DNA of 64,000 nt from Tolypothrix carrinoi HA7290-LM1 (GCA_019358935.1 JAHHIK010000011.1:40469-104468); one strand, 5' to 3'. Numbered from the stretch's first letter, positions 53,572 to 64,000 are shown. Numbers and translations are program-made. The notes: generated by a model not told the origin, from the sequence alone.

Positions 53572-53802
53572 TTATAAATCGTTTAAATCATCCTCGCTTT
53601 CATCAGCAGCAGCGTGAGGTAATATAGAGCGATCGTCATCTGCGATTCGCGTGGGTACACCCAAATGCTTGCGAGCATCTTGCTCTGCAATATTACGGTC
53701 TTCATCGGTATCAAACTGTTGCTCATCCAGGAGATATTTGCTACGTGCTGCTTGATCTAGACTTGGAGCTTGACCATTCTTCCACTTATACTTAAAGTCC
53801 AT
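53572..53802 (-). CDS. Hypothetical small acidic protein
   Basis: 76-aa ORF with ATG and GAGG RBS. Confidence 0.55.
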   Translation of the reverse strand: MDFKYKWKNGQAPSLDQAARSKYLLDEQQFDTDEDRNIAEQDARKHLGVPTRIADDDRSILPHAAADESEDDLNDL

Positions 53803-53926
53803 AAATCAACCTCAACTAATCACTGGCATTTAATCTCATCGCCTTTGTTGAGTACCTCTAACGCTAGATAGGTTGAGGAAATTATATTTACCATGATTTT
53901 GGGGGATGTTTGTAATTTGCCGCGTG

Positions 53927-53978
53927 AAAAAAGCGCGATCGCATTTGTTGAATTTGACTCATGCGATCGCGCTTTTTT
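53927..53978. terminator. Bidirectional hairpin terminator built on two HIP1 sites
   Basis: AAAAAAGCGCGATCGCAT...ATGCGATCGCGCTTTTTT downstream of the HdrB-like gene. Confidence 0.6.
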
Positions 53979-54024
53979 AACGTAATAACGACTTTAGTCG
54001 TTAAATTAAGCGTTAAAACGCTTA

Positions 54025-54930
54025 CTACAAGCCTAATTTCTCCAACACTGGCTTAGTAGAAACAATGTGCCTTTCTAAACCGAGTTCTTGCGGACTAACT
54101 CCTAACGCCAAAGCAATCAACTGCGGTAAATGCAACACCGGCAAACCTAATTTTTGCCCGATGACTTTTTCCACCTCAGGCTGACGAGAATCTAAATTCA
54201 AATGACACAACGGACAAGGTGTAACAATACAATCAGCGCCTGATGTTAGTGCATCTTGAATATGCATCCCCGCCATTTTAAAAGATTGGGTAGTAGCATA
54301 ACTCGAAAGAGGCCATCCGCAACATTGCGTCCGACCTCGATAATAAATTGGCGTTGCACCGATTGCCCGAAAAACATTTTCCATTGCTTCCGGTTGGAAA
54401 GGGTCATCATAAGGCATAGATTTTTGGGCACGGAGAAGATAGCAGCCATAAAAAGCCGCACATTTTAACCCACTCAACTTACGGGTGACTCGTTTTTGAA
54501 TTTCCTCTATACCATAATCTGTTACCAAAGCATACAGGAGATGTTTAACTTCAGTGCTTCCCCGATAAGGTGAACAGCTTTCTTTTTCCAAAAAGCCATT
54601 AACTTTGTCGATGTATTGGGGGTCAGTTTTTTGACATTCTTTCAAGCGCTCATCAACGTGACCAATCACGCCTTGACAAGTGCTGCAATGTGTGAGTAGC
54701 GGCAAATTTAATTCTTCTGCTAAAGCGATATTCCGGGCATTAACCGTATCTTCCAACAGTTGGGAATCTTCCTTAAAAGTGCCCGAACCGCAGCAAGCAG
54801 CCTTTTTCAATTCTACTAGTTCAATACCCAGAGCTTTAGTTAAAGCTTTGGTTGACAAGCTTAACTCGCGGCAAGCACCTTGGGCAACACAACCTGGAAA
54901 GTAAGCGTATTTTAGCGTCTGAGATAGCAT
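54025..54930 (-). CDS. hdrB: Heterodisulfide reductase subunit B-like (CCG-domain) protein
   Basis: YFPGC, ACCG, CSTC, FYGC, QCCG, CPLCHLNLD. Confidence 0.88.
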   Translation of the reverse strand: MLSQTLKYAYFPGCVAQGACRELSLSTKALTKALGIELVELKKAACCGSGTFKEDSQLLEDTVNARNIALAEELNLPLLTHCSTCQGVIGHVDERLKECQKTDPQYIDKVNGFLEKESCSPYRGSTEVKHLLYALVTDYGIEEIQKRVTRKLSGLKCAAFYGCYLLRAQKSMPYDDPFQPEAMENVFRAIGATPIYYRGRTQCCGWPLSSYATTQSFKMAGMHIQDALTSGADCIVTPCPLCHLNLDSRQPEVEKVIGQKLGLPVLHLPQLIALALGVSPQELGLERHIVSTKPVLEKLGL

Positions 54931-55263
54931 AAAAGTATATTTGAGTTAGGCAGTTGCCCTTAAACAATAACTGTTTTATCATTTCTTGTCCGTGATGCTG
55001 GCAAAGCTTTGTATCTAAATTGGGACATCGGCAAAAAATTTAGTCAGAATTGAATAAGGAAAGCATTTACATTCATCAGCGCGATCGCGCATCTTCAATT
55101 GGCGTTGCCCAACTGTTCTTTAATAGAAAATGGGTCAGGGATTTTCCTAAGAAAAACCCTAATCCTGTGTACGGGCGATCGCGGTTGACGATAAGATGTA
55201 TATGCTCAAAACCACATCGCCCATAAAGGGCGGATCGTAGCAACTGGTTAAGGACTTTTATCT

Positions 55264-55518
55264 ATGAGTGAAGCGGAAATTTTTGAAAAGGTCAAGAAAA
55301 TCGTCGCCGAGCAACTTAGCGTTACTGAGGCTGACACGATTAAACCACAATCCAATTTTGCCAACGATCTACAGGCTGATTCCTTAGATACAGTTGAACT
55401 GGTAATGGCTTTAGAAGAAGAATTTGATATTGAAATTCCCGATGAAGCCGCCGAAAAAATTACCACCGTTCAAGAAGCAGTAGACTACATCAACAACAAA
55501 GTTGCCGCATCCGCCTAA
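55264..55518 (+). CDS. acpP: Acyl carrier protein
   Basis: [20 protein letters not shown]; upstream of fabF. Confidence 0.97.
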   Translation: MSEAEIFEKVKKIVAEQLSVTEADTIKPQSNFANDLQADSLDTVELVMALEEEFDIEIPDEAAEKITTVQEAVDYINNKVAASA

Positions 55519-55644
55519 AGACTGGGGACTGGGGATTAGGGACGCTTGGACTGGGGATTTGAAGAGGGGAAAAGGGGTGCATCGGAAAAGGGAAAAGCCC
55601 TCATGAATGCCCAATTACCCATTACCGCGTTCCCCCCTTCGGGG

Positions 55645-55779
55645 TTCTGAAGTCGCTCATGGGGGAGACCACGGCAGGTGCTGTAGCCTGTGGAACCCTT
55701 TCAGCAGTCGCTCATGGGGGAAACCCCCAAGACCGCGCTGCTTCACCACCGCACTGCCTCCCCAAGACCGCGCTGGCTC
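55645..55779 (-). repeat. Three 45-nt elements nested inside each other
   Basis: Outer 55645-55670+55761-55779, middle 55671-55699+55745-55760, inner 55700-55744. Confidence 0.75.
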
Positions 55780-55852
55780 ACCATTACCCAGTCCCCAGTC
55801 CCCAGTCCCCAGTCCCTTTATTTGCAGCTTTCTCGCCACCCTAACTATCGTC

Positions 55853-57103
55853 ATGACAGATTTTATACGTAAGCGCGTTGTTGTAACTGGTGTTGGCGCG
55901 CTTACACCGATTGGTAAAACACCAGCCGAATATTGGTCCGGATTAATGGAAGGACGCAATGGCATCGACTACATCAGTTTATTTGATGCAAAGAGCCATG
56001 ATTGCCGCATTGCTGGTGAGGTGAAAGACTTCGATCCACATGAGTACATGGAGCGCAAAGAAGCCAAGCGCATGGATCGGTTTTCCCAATTTGGAGTTGC
56101 GGGTGCAAAACAGGCTCTAGCAGATGCTGGATTAGTCATCAATGACCTGAACGCAGAACAAGTGGGTGTAATCATCGGTTCCGGCGTTGGCGGCATTAAA
56201 GTGATGGAAGACCAGCAAACTATCTACCTCAACCGCGGTCCGGATCGCTGTAGTCCTTTCATGATTCCGATGATGATCGCTAATATGGCAGCGGGGTTGA
56301 CAGCGATTCACACTGGTGCTAGAGGTCCAAATTCCTGCTCCGTCACTGCTTGCGCTGCCGGCTCGAATGCGATTGGAGATGCTTTTCGCCTAATTCAAAA
56401 TGGATATGCCCAAGCGATGATTTGCGGTGGATGCGAAGCGGCAGTTACACCCTTGTCTCTAGCTGGATTTGCCGCATGTAAAGCCCTTTCGTGTCGGAAT
56501 GATGACCCCGCACACGCTAGCCGTCCATTTGACCGCGATCGCAACGGATTTGTCATGGGTGAAGGTGCGGGAATTTTAATTCTAGAAGAGCTGCAACACG
56601 CCTTAAGTCGCAAGGCTCGTATTTATGCGGAAATTGTCGGCTATGGCATGACCTGTGATGCATACCATATCACTTCCCCCGTCCCCGGCGGTGAAGGAGC
56701 CGCCAGAGCCATACAACTGGCATTAAAAGACGGCGGAATAACTCCAGATATGGTAAACTACATCAACGCTCACGGCACCAGCACCCCGGCGAACGATTCG
56801 ACAGAAACCGCCGCGATGAAAAAAGCTCTGGGAGAACACGCTTATAAAATAGCAATCAGTTCCACCAAATCCATGACCGGTCATTTGTTAGGTGGTTCTG
56901 GAGGCATTGAAGCCGTGGCAACAGTATTAGCGATCGCCAACGAGAAAATTCCCCCGACAATTAATTTAGAAAACCCAGATCCAGAGTGTGACCTGGATTA
57001 TGTTCCCAACACAAGCCGCAATTTGAATGTCGATGTGGCACTTTCCAATTCTTTTGGGTTTGGCGGACACAATGTCACGCTAGCCTTTAAGAAGTACCGC
57101 TAA
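55853..57103 (+). CDS. fabF: 3-oxoacyl-ACP synthase II
   Basis: RVVVTGVG, TACAAG, NAHGTST, TGHLLG, SNSFGFGGHN; real ATG at 55853. Confidence 0.96.
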   Translation: MTDFIRKRVVVTGVGALTPIGKTPAEYWSGLMEGRNGIDYISLFDAKSHDCRIAGEVKDFDPHEYMERKEAKRMDRFSQFGVAGAKQALADAGLVINDLNAEQVGVIIGSGVGGIKVMEDQQTIYLNRGPDRCSPFMIPMMIANMAAGLTAIHTGARGPNSCSVTACAAGSNAIGDAFRLIQNGYAQAMICGGCEAAVTPLSLAGFAACKALSCRNDDPAHASRPFDRDRNGFVMGEGAGILILEELQHALSRKARIYAEIVGYGMTCDAYHITSPVPGGEGAARAIQLALKDGGITPDMVNYINAHGTSTPANDSTETAAMKKALGEHAYKIAISSTKSMTGHLLGGSGGIEAVATVLAIANEKIPPTINLENPDPECDLDYVPNTSRNLNVDVALSNSFGFGGHNVTLAFKKYR

Positions 57104-57357
57104 GATCCAAAATCTGCCGCTGGTCGGATCTCTTGATAATTTGAGCAAAATGTATCAAAAATGTCATTCTGCTTTGATTTAAGAGTTCAGCATGACCAGA
57201 TTATCTGTTTGATCGATCGCTCTAATTCAAGAGATCCCGCTTGTCTGTCGTCAGCAGGCAATGGGATGATGAGGATACTGCTTGGGGTAATCATCCAAAA
57301 CAACCCCAGTAATGATTAGCTTAAAGAGTGCTAAACCGTCGTTAAATATAAGAGATT

Positions 57358-59370
57358 ATGGCTGTTGCAACCCAATCCCTCGAAGAACTTTGTATTAACT
57401 CGATTCGCTTTTTGGCTATTGATGCCGTAGAAAAAGCCAAATCGGGACACCCAGGACTGCCAATGGGTGCGGCACCAATGGCGTTTGTGCTGTGGGACCG
57501 CTTTATGCGGTACAATCCCAAAAATCCCAAGTGGTTTAACCGCGATCGCTTTGTATTGTCAGCCGGTCACGGCTCGATGTTGCAGTATGCCCTCCTACAC
57601 CTGACAGGCTTCGACAGCGTAAGTATTGAAGACATCAAGCAGTTCCGTCAGTGGGAATCCAAAACCCCCGGACACCCGGAAAACTTCATGACCGAAGGTG
57701 TAGAAGTTACTACCGGACCATTGGGACAAGGAATTGCCAACGCTGTCGGTTTAGCGATCGCAGAAGCGCACCTAGCCGCTAAATTCAACAAACCCGATGC
57801 CAAGATTGTTGACCACTACACCTACGTAATTTTGGGTGACGGTTGCAACATGGAAGGCATTTCCGGTGAAGCTTGTTCTTTCGCAGGACACTTGGGATTA
57901 GGCAAACTCATCGCTCTGTACGACGACAACCACATCTCCATCGATGGTTCTACAGATGTAGCATTCACCGAAGATGTTTCCAAGCGCTTTGAAGCATACG
58001 GCTGGCACGTTTTGCATGTCGAAGATGGTAATAAAGATTTAGCTGCAATTGAAAAGGCGATCGCCGAAGCTAAATCCGTCACCGACAAGCCGACCATGAT
58101 TAAGGTGACAACCACCATCGGTTACGGTTCCCCCAACAAAGCAAACACTGCCGGCATTCACGGTTCAGCGTTGGGCGGCGATGAAGTAACTCTAACCCGG
58201 AATAACTTAGAGTGGACATACGAGCCTTTCGTAGTCCCAGAAGATGCCAAAAATCACATGGGTAAAGCCGTTGAGCGCGGTGCTAACTACGAAGCCGAGT
58301 GGAATAAGACCTTTGGCGACTACAAAGCCAAATACGCCGAAGAAGCGGCTCTATTTGAACGTTTCATCAGTGGCAAACTCCCCGACGGTTGGGACAAGGT
58401 ACTACCTACCTACACCCCGGAAGACAAAGGATTACCCACCCGCAAACACTCAGAAAACTGCCTCAACAAACTAGCGAAGGTTTTACCTGAGTTAATTGGT
58501 GGTTCGGCTGACTTAACCCACTCCAACCTGACCGAAATCAAAGGTACCGGCGATTTCCAAAAAGGACAATACGAAAACCCCAACATCCACTTTGGTGTGC
58601 GGGAACACGCTATGGGTGCAATTTGTAACGGTATAGCGCTGCATCAATCGGGATTAATTCCTTACGGTGCCACCTTTTTGATTTTCACAGACTACATGCG
58701 TGCTGCCATCCGCTTATCTGCCCTATCTCAAGCGGGTTCGATTTGGGTGATGACTCACGACTCGATTGGACAAGGTGAAGATGGTCCAACGCACCAACCG
58801 ATTGAAACTCTAGCTTCTTTGAGAGCGATTCCTAACTTAACAGTAATTCGTCCCGCAGACGGAAACGAATCTTCTGGTGCTTACAAAGTAGCGATCGAGA
58901 AGTCGAAGGAAAACGCTCCCACTTTGTTAGCTTTCACCCGTCAAAATGTCCCCAACTTGGCAGGTACATCAATTGAGGGCGTGACCAAGGGTGCATACAC
59001 CGTGGTAGATTCTGAGGGTACACCAGAGTTGATTTTGATTGGCACTGGTTCAGAATTGAGCCTCTGCGTCACCGCAGCTGAGAAACTCACCAGCGAAGGC
59101 AAGAAAGTCCGTGTTGTCTCGATGCCTTCTTGGGAACTGTTTGAAGCACAGGATGCAGCTTATAAAGAGTCTATTCTACCAAAAGCTGTCACCAAGCGCG
59201 TGTCTGTAGAAGCTGCCGCTAGTTTCGGCTGGCACAAGTATGTCGGCACCGAAGGTGATTGTGTGAGCATTGATCGCTTTGGTGCTTCTGCTCCAGGTGG
59301 TGTTTGTTTGGAGAAGTTTGGCTTTAGCGTTGAGAATGTGTTAGCTAAAGCGAAAGAAGTTTTGGGTTAA
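57358..59370 (+). CDS. tkt: Transketolase
   Basis: [37 protein letters not shown]. Confidence 0.98.
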   Translation: MAVATQSLEELCINSIRFLAIDAVEKAKSGHPGLPMGAAPMAFVLWDRFMRYNPKNPKWFNRDRFVLSAGHGSMLQYALLHLTGFDSVSIEDIKQFRQWESKTPGHPENFMTEGVEVTTGPLGQGIANAVGLAIAEAHLAAKFNKPDAKIVDHYTYVILGDGCNMEGISGEACSFAGHLGLGKLIALYDDNHISIDGSTDVAFTEDVSKRFEAYGWHVLHVEDGNKDLAAIEKAIAEAKSVTDKPTMIKVTTTIGYGSPNKANTAGIHGSALGGDEVTLTRNNLEWTYEPFVVPEDAKNHMGKAVERGANYEAEWNKTFGDYKAKYAEEAALFERFISGKLPDGWDKVLPTYTPEDKGLPTRKHSENCLNKLAKVLPELIGGSADLTHSNLTEIKGTGDFQKGQYENPNIHFGVREHAMGAICNGIALHQSGLIPYGATFLIFTDYMRAAIRLSALSQAGSIWVMTHDSIGQGEDGPTHQPIETLASLRAIPNLTVIRPADGNESSGAYKVAIEKSKENAPTLLAFTRQNVPNLAGTSIEGVTKGAYTVVDSEGTPELILIGTGSELSLCVTAAEKLTSEGKKVRVVSMPSWELFEAQDAAYKESILPKAVTKRVSVEAAASFGWHKYVGTEGDCVSIDRFGASAPGGVCLEKFGFSVENVLAKAKEVLG

Positions 59371-59398
59371 TTCGCAACAGATTAATCTCGTTTTTTTA

Positions 59399-59429
59399 AG
59401 GGGTGGGCATTTTGCCTGCCCTTTTTTTT
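59399..59429 (+). terminator. Intrinsic terminator after tkt
   Basis: GGGTGGGCA-TTT-TGCCTGCCC followed by T8. Confidence 0.75.
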
Positions 59430-59497
59430 AACGCAGAGGAGCGCTGAGGTTTACGCGGAGGGACGCTGAGGGAGATTGATTATAATTGGGGTAATTA

Positions 59498-59794
59498 ATG
59501 AAGAATTGGGAGGAAGTTATGCAGGAAGTTTCTAGCGAAAGAGCTGCACTTCTAGCCCGGATATCCAGAATAGTAGAAAGTTTGATGCAAAAGGATACTA
59601 GTTATCAATATTACTTAAAGAAAGATAAAGCAATTCAAATGATATTTAAATACTATTCGGAGAAGGTTTCTATGGAGAAACTCAAAGCTATGTCTGATTT
59701 CAAATTAACAGGCTTTGTTGAGGGAGATATGATGACTCTGCTATTGATTGAAGGGGAAGATGATATAGACCTGAAAGCGATACACTATATTTAG
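59498..59794 (+). CDS. Hypothetical protein
   Basis: 98-aa AT-rich ORF; no family recognised. Confidence 0.5.
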   Translation: MKNWEEVMQEVSSERAALLARISRIVESLMQKDTSYQYYLKKDKAIQMIFKYYSEKVSMEKLKAMSDFKLTGFVEGDMMTLLLIEGEDDIDLKAIHYI

Positions 59795-59921
59795 ATATGC
59801 TAAATTCCGGATCAAGAAAATAATATTTTATATAACTTAATGTAATGATTAAAAATAGGGCGACACCTGCGGCACGCGGGTACGCGATCGCGTTATAATC
59901 TTTAATGCACTCCCGAAATAT

Positions 59922-59935
59922 AGTACTATTGTACT
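59922..59935. promoter_or_regulatory. Putative cyanobacterial LexA box upstream of the AAA ATPase
   Basis: AGTACTATTGTACT fully matches RGTACNNNDGTWCB; TATAAT at 59894; ATG at 59974. Confidence 0.6.
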
Positions 59936-59973
59936 ATATCAACAAAAAATTACTATTTATACTGAGAGGCAGT

Positions 59974-60975
59974 ATGAAAGGAGAGCTTCTCAAGAGATTT
60001 TTTAGGGCGATCGCTAGTTCAGATCAAGAGGCTATTGACAAGCTTACATATTTAGTCATTGAGGAAGAGCGGAGTAAGGGACATACTCTCTTAGCTGACC
60101 AGTTAGAGAATATCACTAAAAAGAGCCAGAAACAGAAGTCTAGCGACATCAGCAAACCTGTTTCCTCAGTACCAGACACCTTACAAGCGCTAACTGAATT
60201 ACCAACCAGTAAGCGATTTAATCTTCCCCTAGTAACTATCATACCAAGGGAGAAATTGCGGCATCACATGGTGTTGCCGGAAAATATTGAGAAACGTTTT
60301 CGCCGAATTGAGCGTGAGTATGCAGCAAGAGATAGGCTTGCTCATCATGGACTGCGTTACAGGCAAAAAATTCTGCTCTATGGTCCTCCTGGCTGTGGAA
60401 AGACGCTAGGAGCAGAACGTTTGGCTTGGAATACAGGTTTACCACTCCTGAAAGTGCGGTTTGATGCAATGGTGTCATCTTTTCTAGGCGAAACTGCAAG
60501 CAATTTGAGACTTGTATTTGAGGATGCCTCAAAAAATCCATGTTTGTTGTTTCTTGATGAATGTGACTCAATTGCTAAGACACGAGAAGACTCTCAGGAA
60601 GTAGGAGAAATTAAGCGAGTAGTAAATACATTTCTGCAAATCTTGGATGAATATCAACCATCTTCTGGACTTTTGGTAGCAGCTACAAACCTAAATAAAT
60701 CTCTAGATACTGCCCTTTGGAGAAGATTTGATGACTTAATTGCAGTACCCAAACCCGGAGAACAAGAGCTAGAATTTATACTAAAGGAAACACTATCTGC
60801 AATTGAAGTGGGATCTATCAACTGGTCAAAGATCATTGAGCAGATGAAAGGTTTTTCTGCGGCTCAAGCTGTGAGGGTTGCACAGGATGCAGCTAAACGA
60901 GCAATCCTTGAACGAGAGGAGCTAGTCATTCACGAACACTTAGAAGAAGCGATCGCAGAAATCAAAGTTTCCTAG
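59974..60975 (+). CDS. AAA+ ATPase, IetA-like
   Basis: IEEERSKGHTLLADQL N-terminus, GPPGCGKT, FLDECD, GEIKRVVN, AATN, D.ALWRRFD. Confidence 0.88.
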   Translation: MKGELLKRFFRAIASSDQEAIDKLTYLVIEEERSKGHTLLADQLENITKKSQKQKSSDISKPVSSVPDTLQALTELPTSKRFNLPLVTIIPREKLRHHMVLPENIEKRFRRIEREYAARDRLAHHGLRYRQKILLYGPPGCGKTLGAERLAWNTGLPLLKVRFDAMVSSFLGETASNLRLVFEDASKNPCLLFLDECDSIAKTREDSQEVGEIKRVVNTFLQILDEYQPSSGLLVAATNLNKSLDTALWRRFDDLIAVPKPGEQELEFILKETLSAIEVGSINWSKIIEQMKGFSAAQAVRVAQDAAKRAILEREELVIHEHLEEAIAEIKVS

Positions 60976-61003
60976 TACTAATTTTTGGTGTCTGGATAAA
61001 TAA

Positions 61004-63607
61004 ATGGTTGAAAGTTCTCAGGGTTTTCCGCATATCGATCTCAGGTTAACAAGACAAGGAAGTGCTGTACCACCAACAGGAGGAGGAAAAAAGAATCCCA
61101 TAACAGTCGTTAATCTGGGTAATCGTCAGGGACATGGAAATAAACTTAAAGGTTCGGTCGAATCCTTAATATTTGATTGGCAAGAAACTCAAGAAAAACG
61201 TCAGCAAGAGGGAAAGCCGCCACTTCCTGAAAAATCTAAACCTATCATTTTAAAGATTGATCCTATTGCTTTCGATGTAGAGGATTTGAGAAAGTATGGT
61301 ATTGAGGTCATTGCTGAATTAGAAGATGGATATATTATTGGGGCTTCTGCCAACGATCCAGAATTAAGTGAACTTCAAAAAAAGATAGAAAAATTTATTA
61401 AGGAAGAGCGTGGTGGTAATAAAGTTGCCGAAATATGGGAAATTCTGGATGGAACTAGAAGACCAGAATACATTCTATCACCAGAATTACTTAATAAATG
61501 GGAGCAAATTATTGATGATAACCTTTTTATCGTAGATGTGGGAATTTCCTGCATAGGCACTAAGTCTCAATTTTATGATTATCCAGAACGAAAGCCTAAT
61601 GAAACTGATGAAAGATATACTAGACGAGTTAGTGAATGGATAAACAAACGTGATTCAACATACCAGCAATGGGATGATATAAAGTCTGAAAGAGAAGATG
61701 ATTTTACAGCTTTTGTTGAAGGATATCAGGGAGAGATTTTCAATATTATTGATGGACATATTCCTAATTCTGCTCAATTACCAGATAGTTTTTCTTGCAG
61801 AATTAAAATTTCTGGTAAGGGATTAAAAGATTTAGTTTTAAATTTTCCGTATATTTTTGATGTCAGTTTACCTGATGATCTGGCTGAATTTGTTCAGCAG
61901 GAAGCTTTATCAGATGTTGATAATCTCGATTTTCAACTAGAGCCTCCAGAATCAAATGCTCCTCAAGTATGTGTTATTGATAGTGGTATTCAAGAAAATC
62001 ATTTTCTTTTAAAGGCAGCAATTGATTCACAAAGCTCAAGGTCTTGGGTTCCAGGAGAAACTGATACAGCTGCTGACTATTATGGCAACGGTGGACACGG
62101 AACTAGAGTAGCTGGTGCGGTTCTTTACCCCAGGACTATACCTCGTAGTGGCAAGGAAAAATCAATTTGCTGGATTCAAAATGCAAGAGTTCTGGATGCT
62201 AACTGTGAACTACCTAAACAGCTATTTCCCCCTAATCTTCTAAGTGAAGTTGTAGAAATTTACCACGAGCAAACAAAAACAAGAATTTTTAATCACTGTA
62301 TTGCTGGGTCTGTTCCTTGCAGAACCCAATATATGAGTCCTTGGGCAGCAACGATTGATAATTTGACATGGAAAAAGGATATCCTGTTTATTGTCGCATC
62401 TGGTAATTTACCTTCAGAAGGCAGAAAAATAGGCTCTACAAGATTATCTGTGAAAGAACATCTGGCAGCCAATCGACCATACCCAGATTATCTGTTAGAG
62501 GATTCATGTAGAATAGCTAACCCTGCACAAAGCTTTCAAGCTTTAACAGTTGGTTCAATTGCTCTAAGTTATTACCATCAATTTCCCTATTCTTCTATCT
62601 CACAGAAGGATAAACCATCAGCATTTTCATGCTCTGGATTGGGAATTTGGAAGACGATTAAGCCAGAAGTAGTTGAATATGGTGGGGATTTTGTCATAGA
62701 CGAAGGTATACCACCTAACATCACATATCCTCAAAATGTTTGTCCTGAATTAGTGCGGTCAACATTGAATGGTGGACCAGCGCTTGCTTGTGACAATGTT
62801 GGAACATCATTTGCAGTACCAAAAGTAAGCCATATTGCTGCGCGTTTAGCTGCTGAGTTGCCTAATGAAAATTGCCTTCTTTACCGTGCATTAATAGTGC
62901 AATCAGCAAGATGGCCTGAATGGACAATGGCAGATGATGTTAATAAACTGCACGTTCTTCGTCAAATTGGTTATGGTCTTCCCAATGTTGATCGTGCTTT
63001 GGGTAATGCTCCCAATAGAATCACTTTAATGACAACAGGAGAACGCCGTATTGTAGCTAAACAAGCTCATGTTTACCAAGTAAAACTACCAGAAAAATTA
63101 CGTTCTCAAGGAGAGTCATTTAAGATTCTTGTGGAAGTTACTTTATCGTACAAAGCACAACCACGTCGAACCCGCAGAAATCGCCGAAAATATCTTTCAA
63201 CTTGGCTCGATTGGGAATGTAGTAAAAAAGGAGAAGATCCACAAAGTTTTATGAACAGGGTTTTGAAGGAGCATGATGCTCCAGAAGATGCTGAAAAGGG
63301 GGATAAAGGCTTCCAATGGACTCTTGGTAAAAGATCAAAAAACCACGGGAAAATTGAGGGCGTTTCTAGAAGTGCAGGAACCCTTCAGAAGGATTGGACT
63401 ATTGTGGATTCATTTGAACTCACAGAAGCATTCTCTATTGCAGTAGTTGGACATGAAGGTTGGAATAACGATCCAGAAGCTAGTGTTCCATATTCTCTTG
63501 TTGTAAGCTTTGAAGCTATACAAGCTGGTGTTCTAATTTATACGCCTTTTGTTGAAGCTCAAGTTGAAACAGAAGTTCAGGCTGAGGTAGAGATTCAATC
63601 TCTATAG
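61004..63607 (+). CDS. S8 (subtilisin-like) serine protease, IetS-like
   Basis: Catalytic triad VIDSG / GHGTRVAG / GTSFAVP; IKPEVVEYGGD; GYGLP; no signal peptide; 28 nt after the ATPase. Confidence 0.88.
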   Translation: MVESSQGFPHIDLRLTRQGSAVPPTGGGKKNPITVVNLGNRQGHGNKLKGSVESLIFDWQETQEKRQQEGKPPLPEKSKPIILKIDPIAFDVEDLRKYGIEVIAELEDGYIIGASANDPELSELQKKIEKFIKEERGGNKVAEIWEILDGTRRPEYILSPELLNKWEQIIDDNLFIVDVGISCIGTKSQFYDYPERKPNETDERYTRRVSEWINKRDSTYQQWDDIKSEREDDFTAFVEGYQGEIFNIIDGHIPNSAQLPDSFSCRIKISGKGLKDLVLNFPYIFDVSLPDDLAEFVQQEALSDVDNLDFQLEPPESNAPQVCVIDSGIQENHFLLKAAIDSQSSRSWVPGETDTAADYYGNGGHGTRVAGAVLYPRTIPRSGKEKSICWIQNARVLDANCELPKQLFPPNLLSEVVEIYHEQTKTRIFNHCIAGSVPCRTQYMSPWAATIDNLTWKKDILFIVASGNLPSEGRKIGSTRLSVKEHLAANRPYPDYLLEDSCRIANPAQSFQALTVGSIALSYYHQFPYSSISQKDKPSAFSCSGLGIWKTIKPEVVEYGGDFVIDEGIPPNITYPQNVCPELVRSTLNGGPALACDNVGTSFAVPKVSHIAARLAAELPNENCLLYRALIVQSARWPEWTMADDVNKLHVLRQIGYGLPNVDRALGNAPNRITLMTTGERRIVAKQAHVYQVKLPEKLRSQGESFKILVEVTLSYKAQPRRTRRNRRKYLSTWLDWECSKKGEDPQSFMNRVLKEHDAPEDAEKGDKGFQWTLGKRSKNHGKIEGVSRSAGTLQKDWTIVDSFELTEAFSIAVVGHEGWNNDPEASVPYSLVVSFEAIQAGVLIYTPFVEAQVETEVQAEVEIQSL

Positions 63608-63635
63608 TGGGTCACGGTAGAGCGATCGCCTGCTT

Positions 63636-63799
63636 TATGAACGCGGACATTATCCGATAGAATCGATGGGTGTAGAATTAGGAATTTGGCAAGGTCACTA
63701 TCAAAATGTAGAACTACCCTGGTTGCGCTGGTGGGATAATCAGGGAAATTTGCTGTTGACTGTCCTGGGAAAATACGCAACGTTTGGCAGCGCTCGTTA
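63636..63799 (+). pseudogene. C-terminal fragment of a Uma2-family endonuclease
   Basis: Manual translation ERGHYPIESMGVELGIWQGHYQNVELPWLRWWDNQGNLLLT. Confidence 0.65.
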
Positions 63800-63865
63800 A
63801 AAGAATTCTAAGTTAACCCGCGCTATGAGTTAGTATGATTCTTATCGGGCGGAAACTAAACGCCT

Positions 63866-64000
63866 GGTTTACAAGAAACTGACGGGAATTTGAAAGCCCC
63901 GGAAGAAGAGGTGCGTAGCACCGTATTCTGTGCTTTAGACCGGGGATGAAAAACGACTCGGCAGGATTTATCCTGCTGTGGGTATTTCTTTTGGTTTAGG
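63866..64000. mobile_element. Possible IS200/IS605-type element end
   Basis: GAAAGCCCCGG...GCTTTAGACCGGGGATG subterminal hairpin-like motif; no transposase in the window. Confidence 0.35.

Noticed and set aside
55607..55852. 82-aa N-terminal extension of FabF in the ORF track
   Set aside because: Composed of repeat elements; FabF homology starts at ATG 55853.
57283..57318. Possible pseudoknot in the tkt leader (TGGGGT/ACCCCA and AATCAT/ATGATT)
   Set aside because: Stems are short with atypical loop geometry, and no comparative evidence is available.
57308..57334. GAGTGCTAA upstream of tkt as a CIRCE element
   Set aside because: Only the right arm is present; no TTAGCACTC at the required spacing.

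Overview
Chromosomal window from a filamentous, probably heterocystous (Nostocales-type) cyanobacterium. Evidence: abundant HIP1 octamers (GCGATCGC), STRR heptamer/nonamer tandem repeats, and chlL/chlN. The backbone is housekeeping: recO, deoC, rsfS, yqeK, chlLN, clpB, lpxD, hspA, acpP-fabF, tkt, plus polysaccharide genes. Three accessory zones interrupt it. (1) 4.5-11.6 kb: an initiator tRNA-fMet split by an ORF-less group I intron, with a close I-Ssp6803I-like PD-(D/E)XK homing endonuclease lying free-standing just downstream of the tRNA rather than inside the intron. Two small cargo cassettes follow, each bracketed by long direct repeats: AraC+GFA, and a serine-less ACP-like protein plus a small acidic ORF. 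(2) 30.9-36.6 kb: a broken CHAT gene, a foreign-looking Orn/Lys/Arg decarboxylase, an IS630 relic and a toxin-antitoxin cluster. (3) 59.9-63.8 kb: an IetA/IetS-type AAA-ATPase + S8 protease pair preceded by a perfect cyanobacterial LexA box. Non-coding DNA carries a 45-nt structured element that is triply nested in itself at two loci, and MITEs with REP-like GTAG palindromes. No CRISPR array or rRNA was seen. All family calls come from motif recognition, not database searches.
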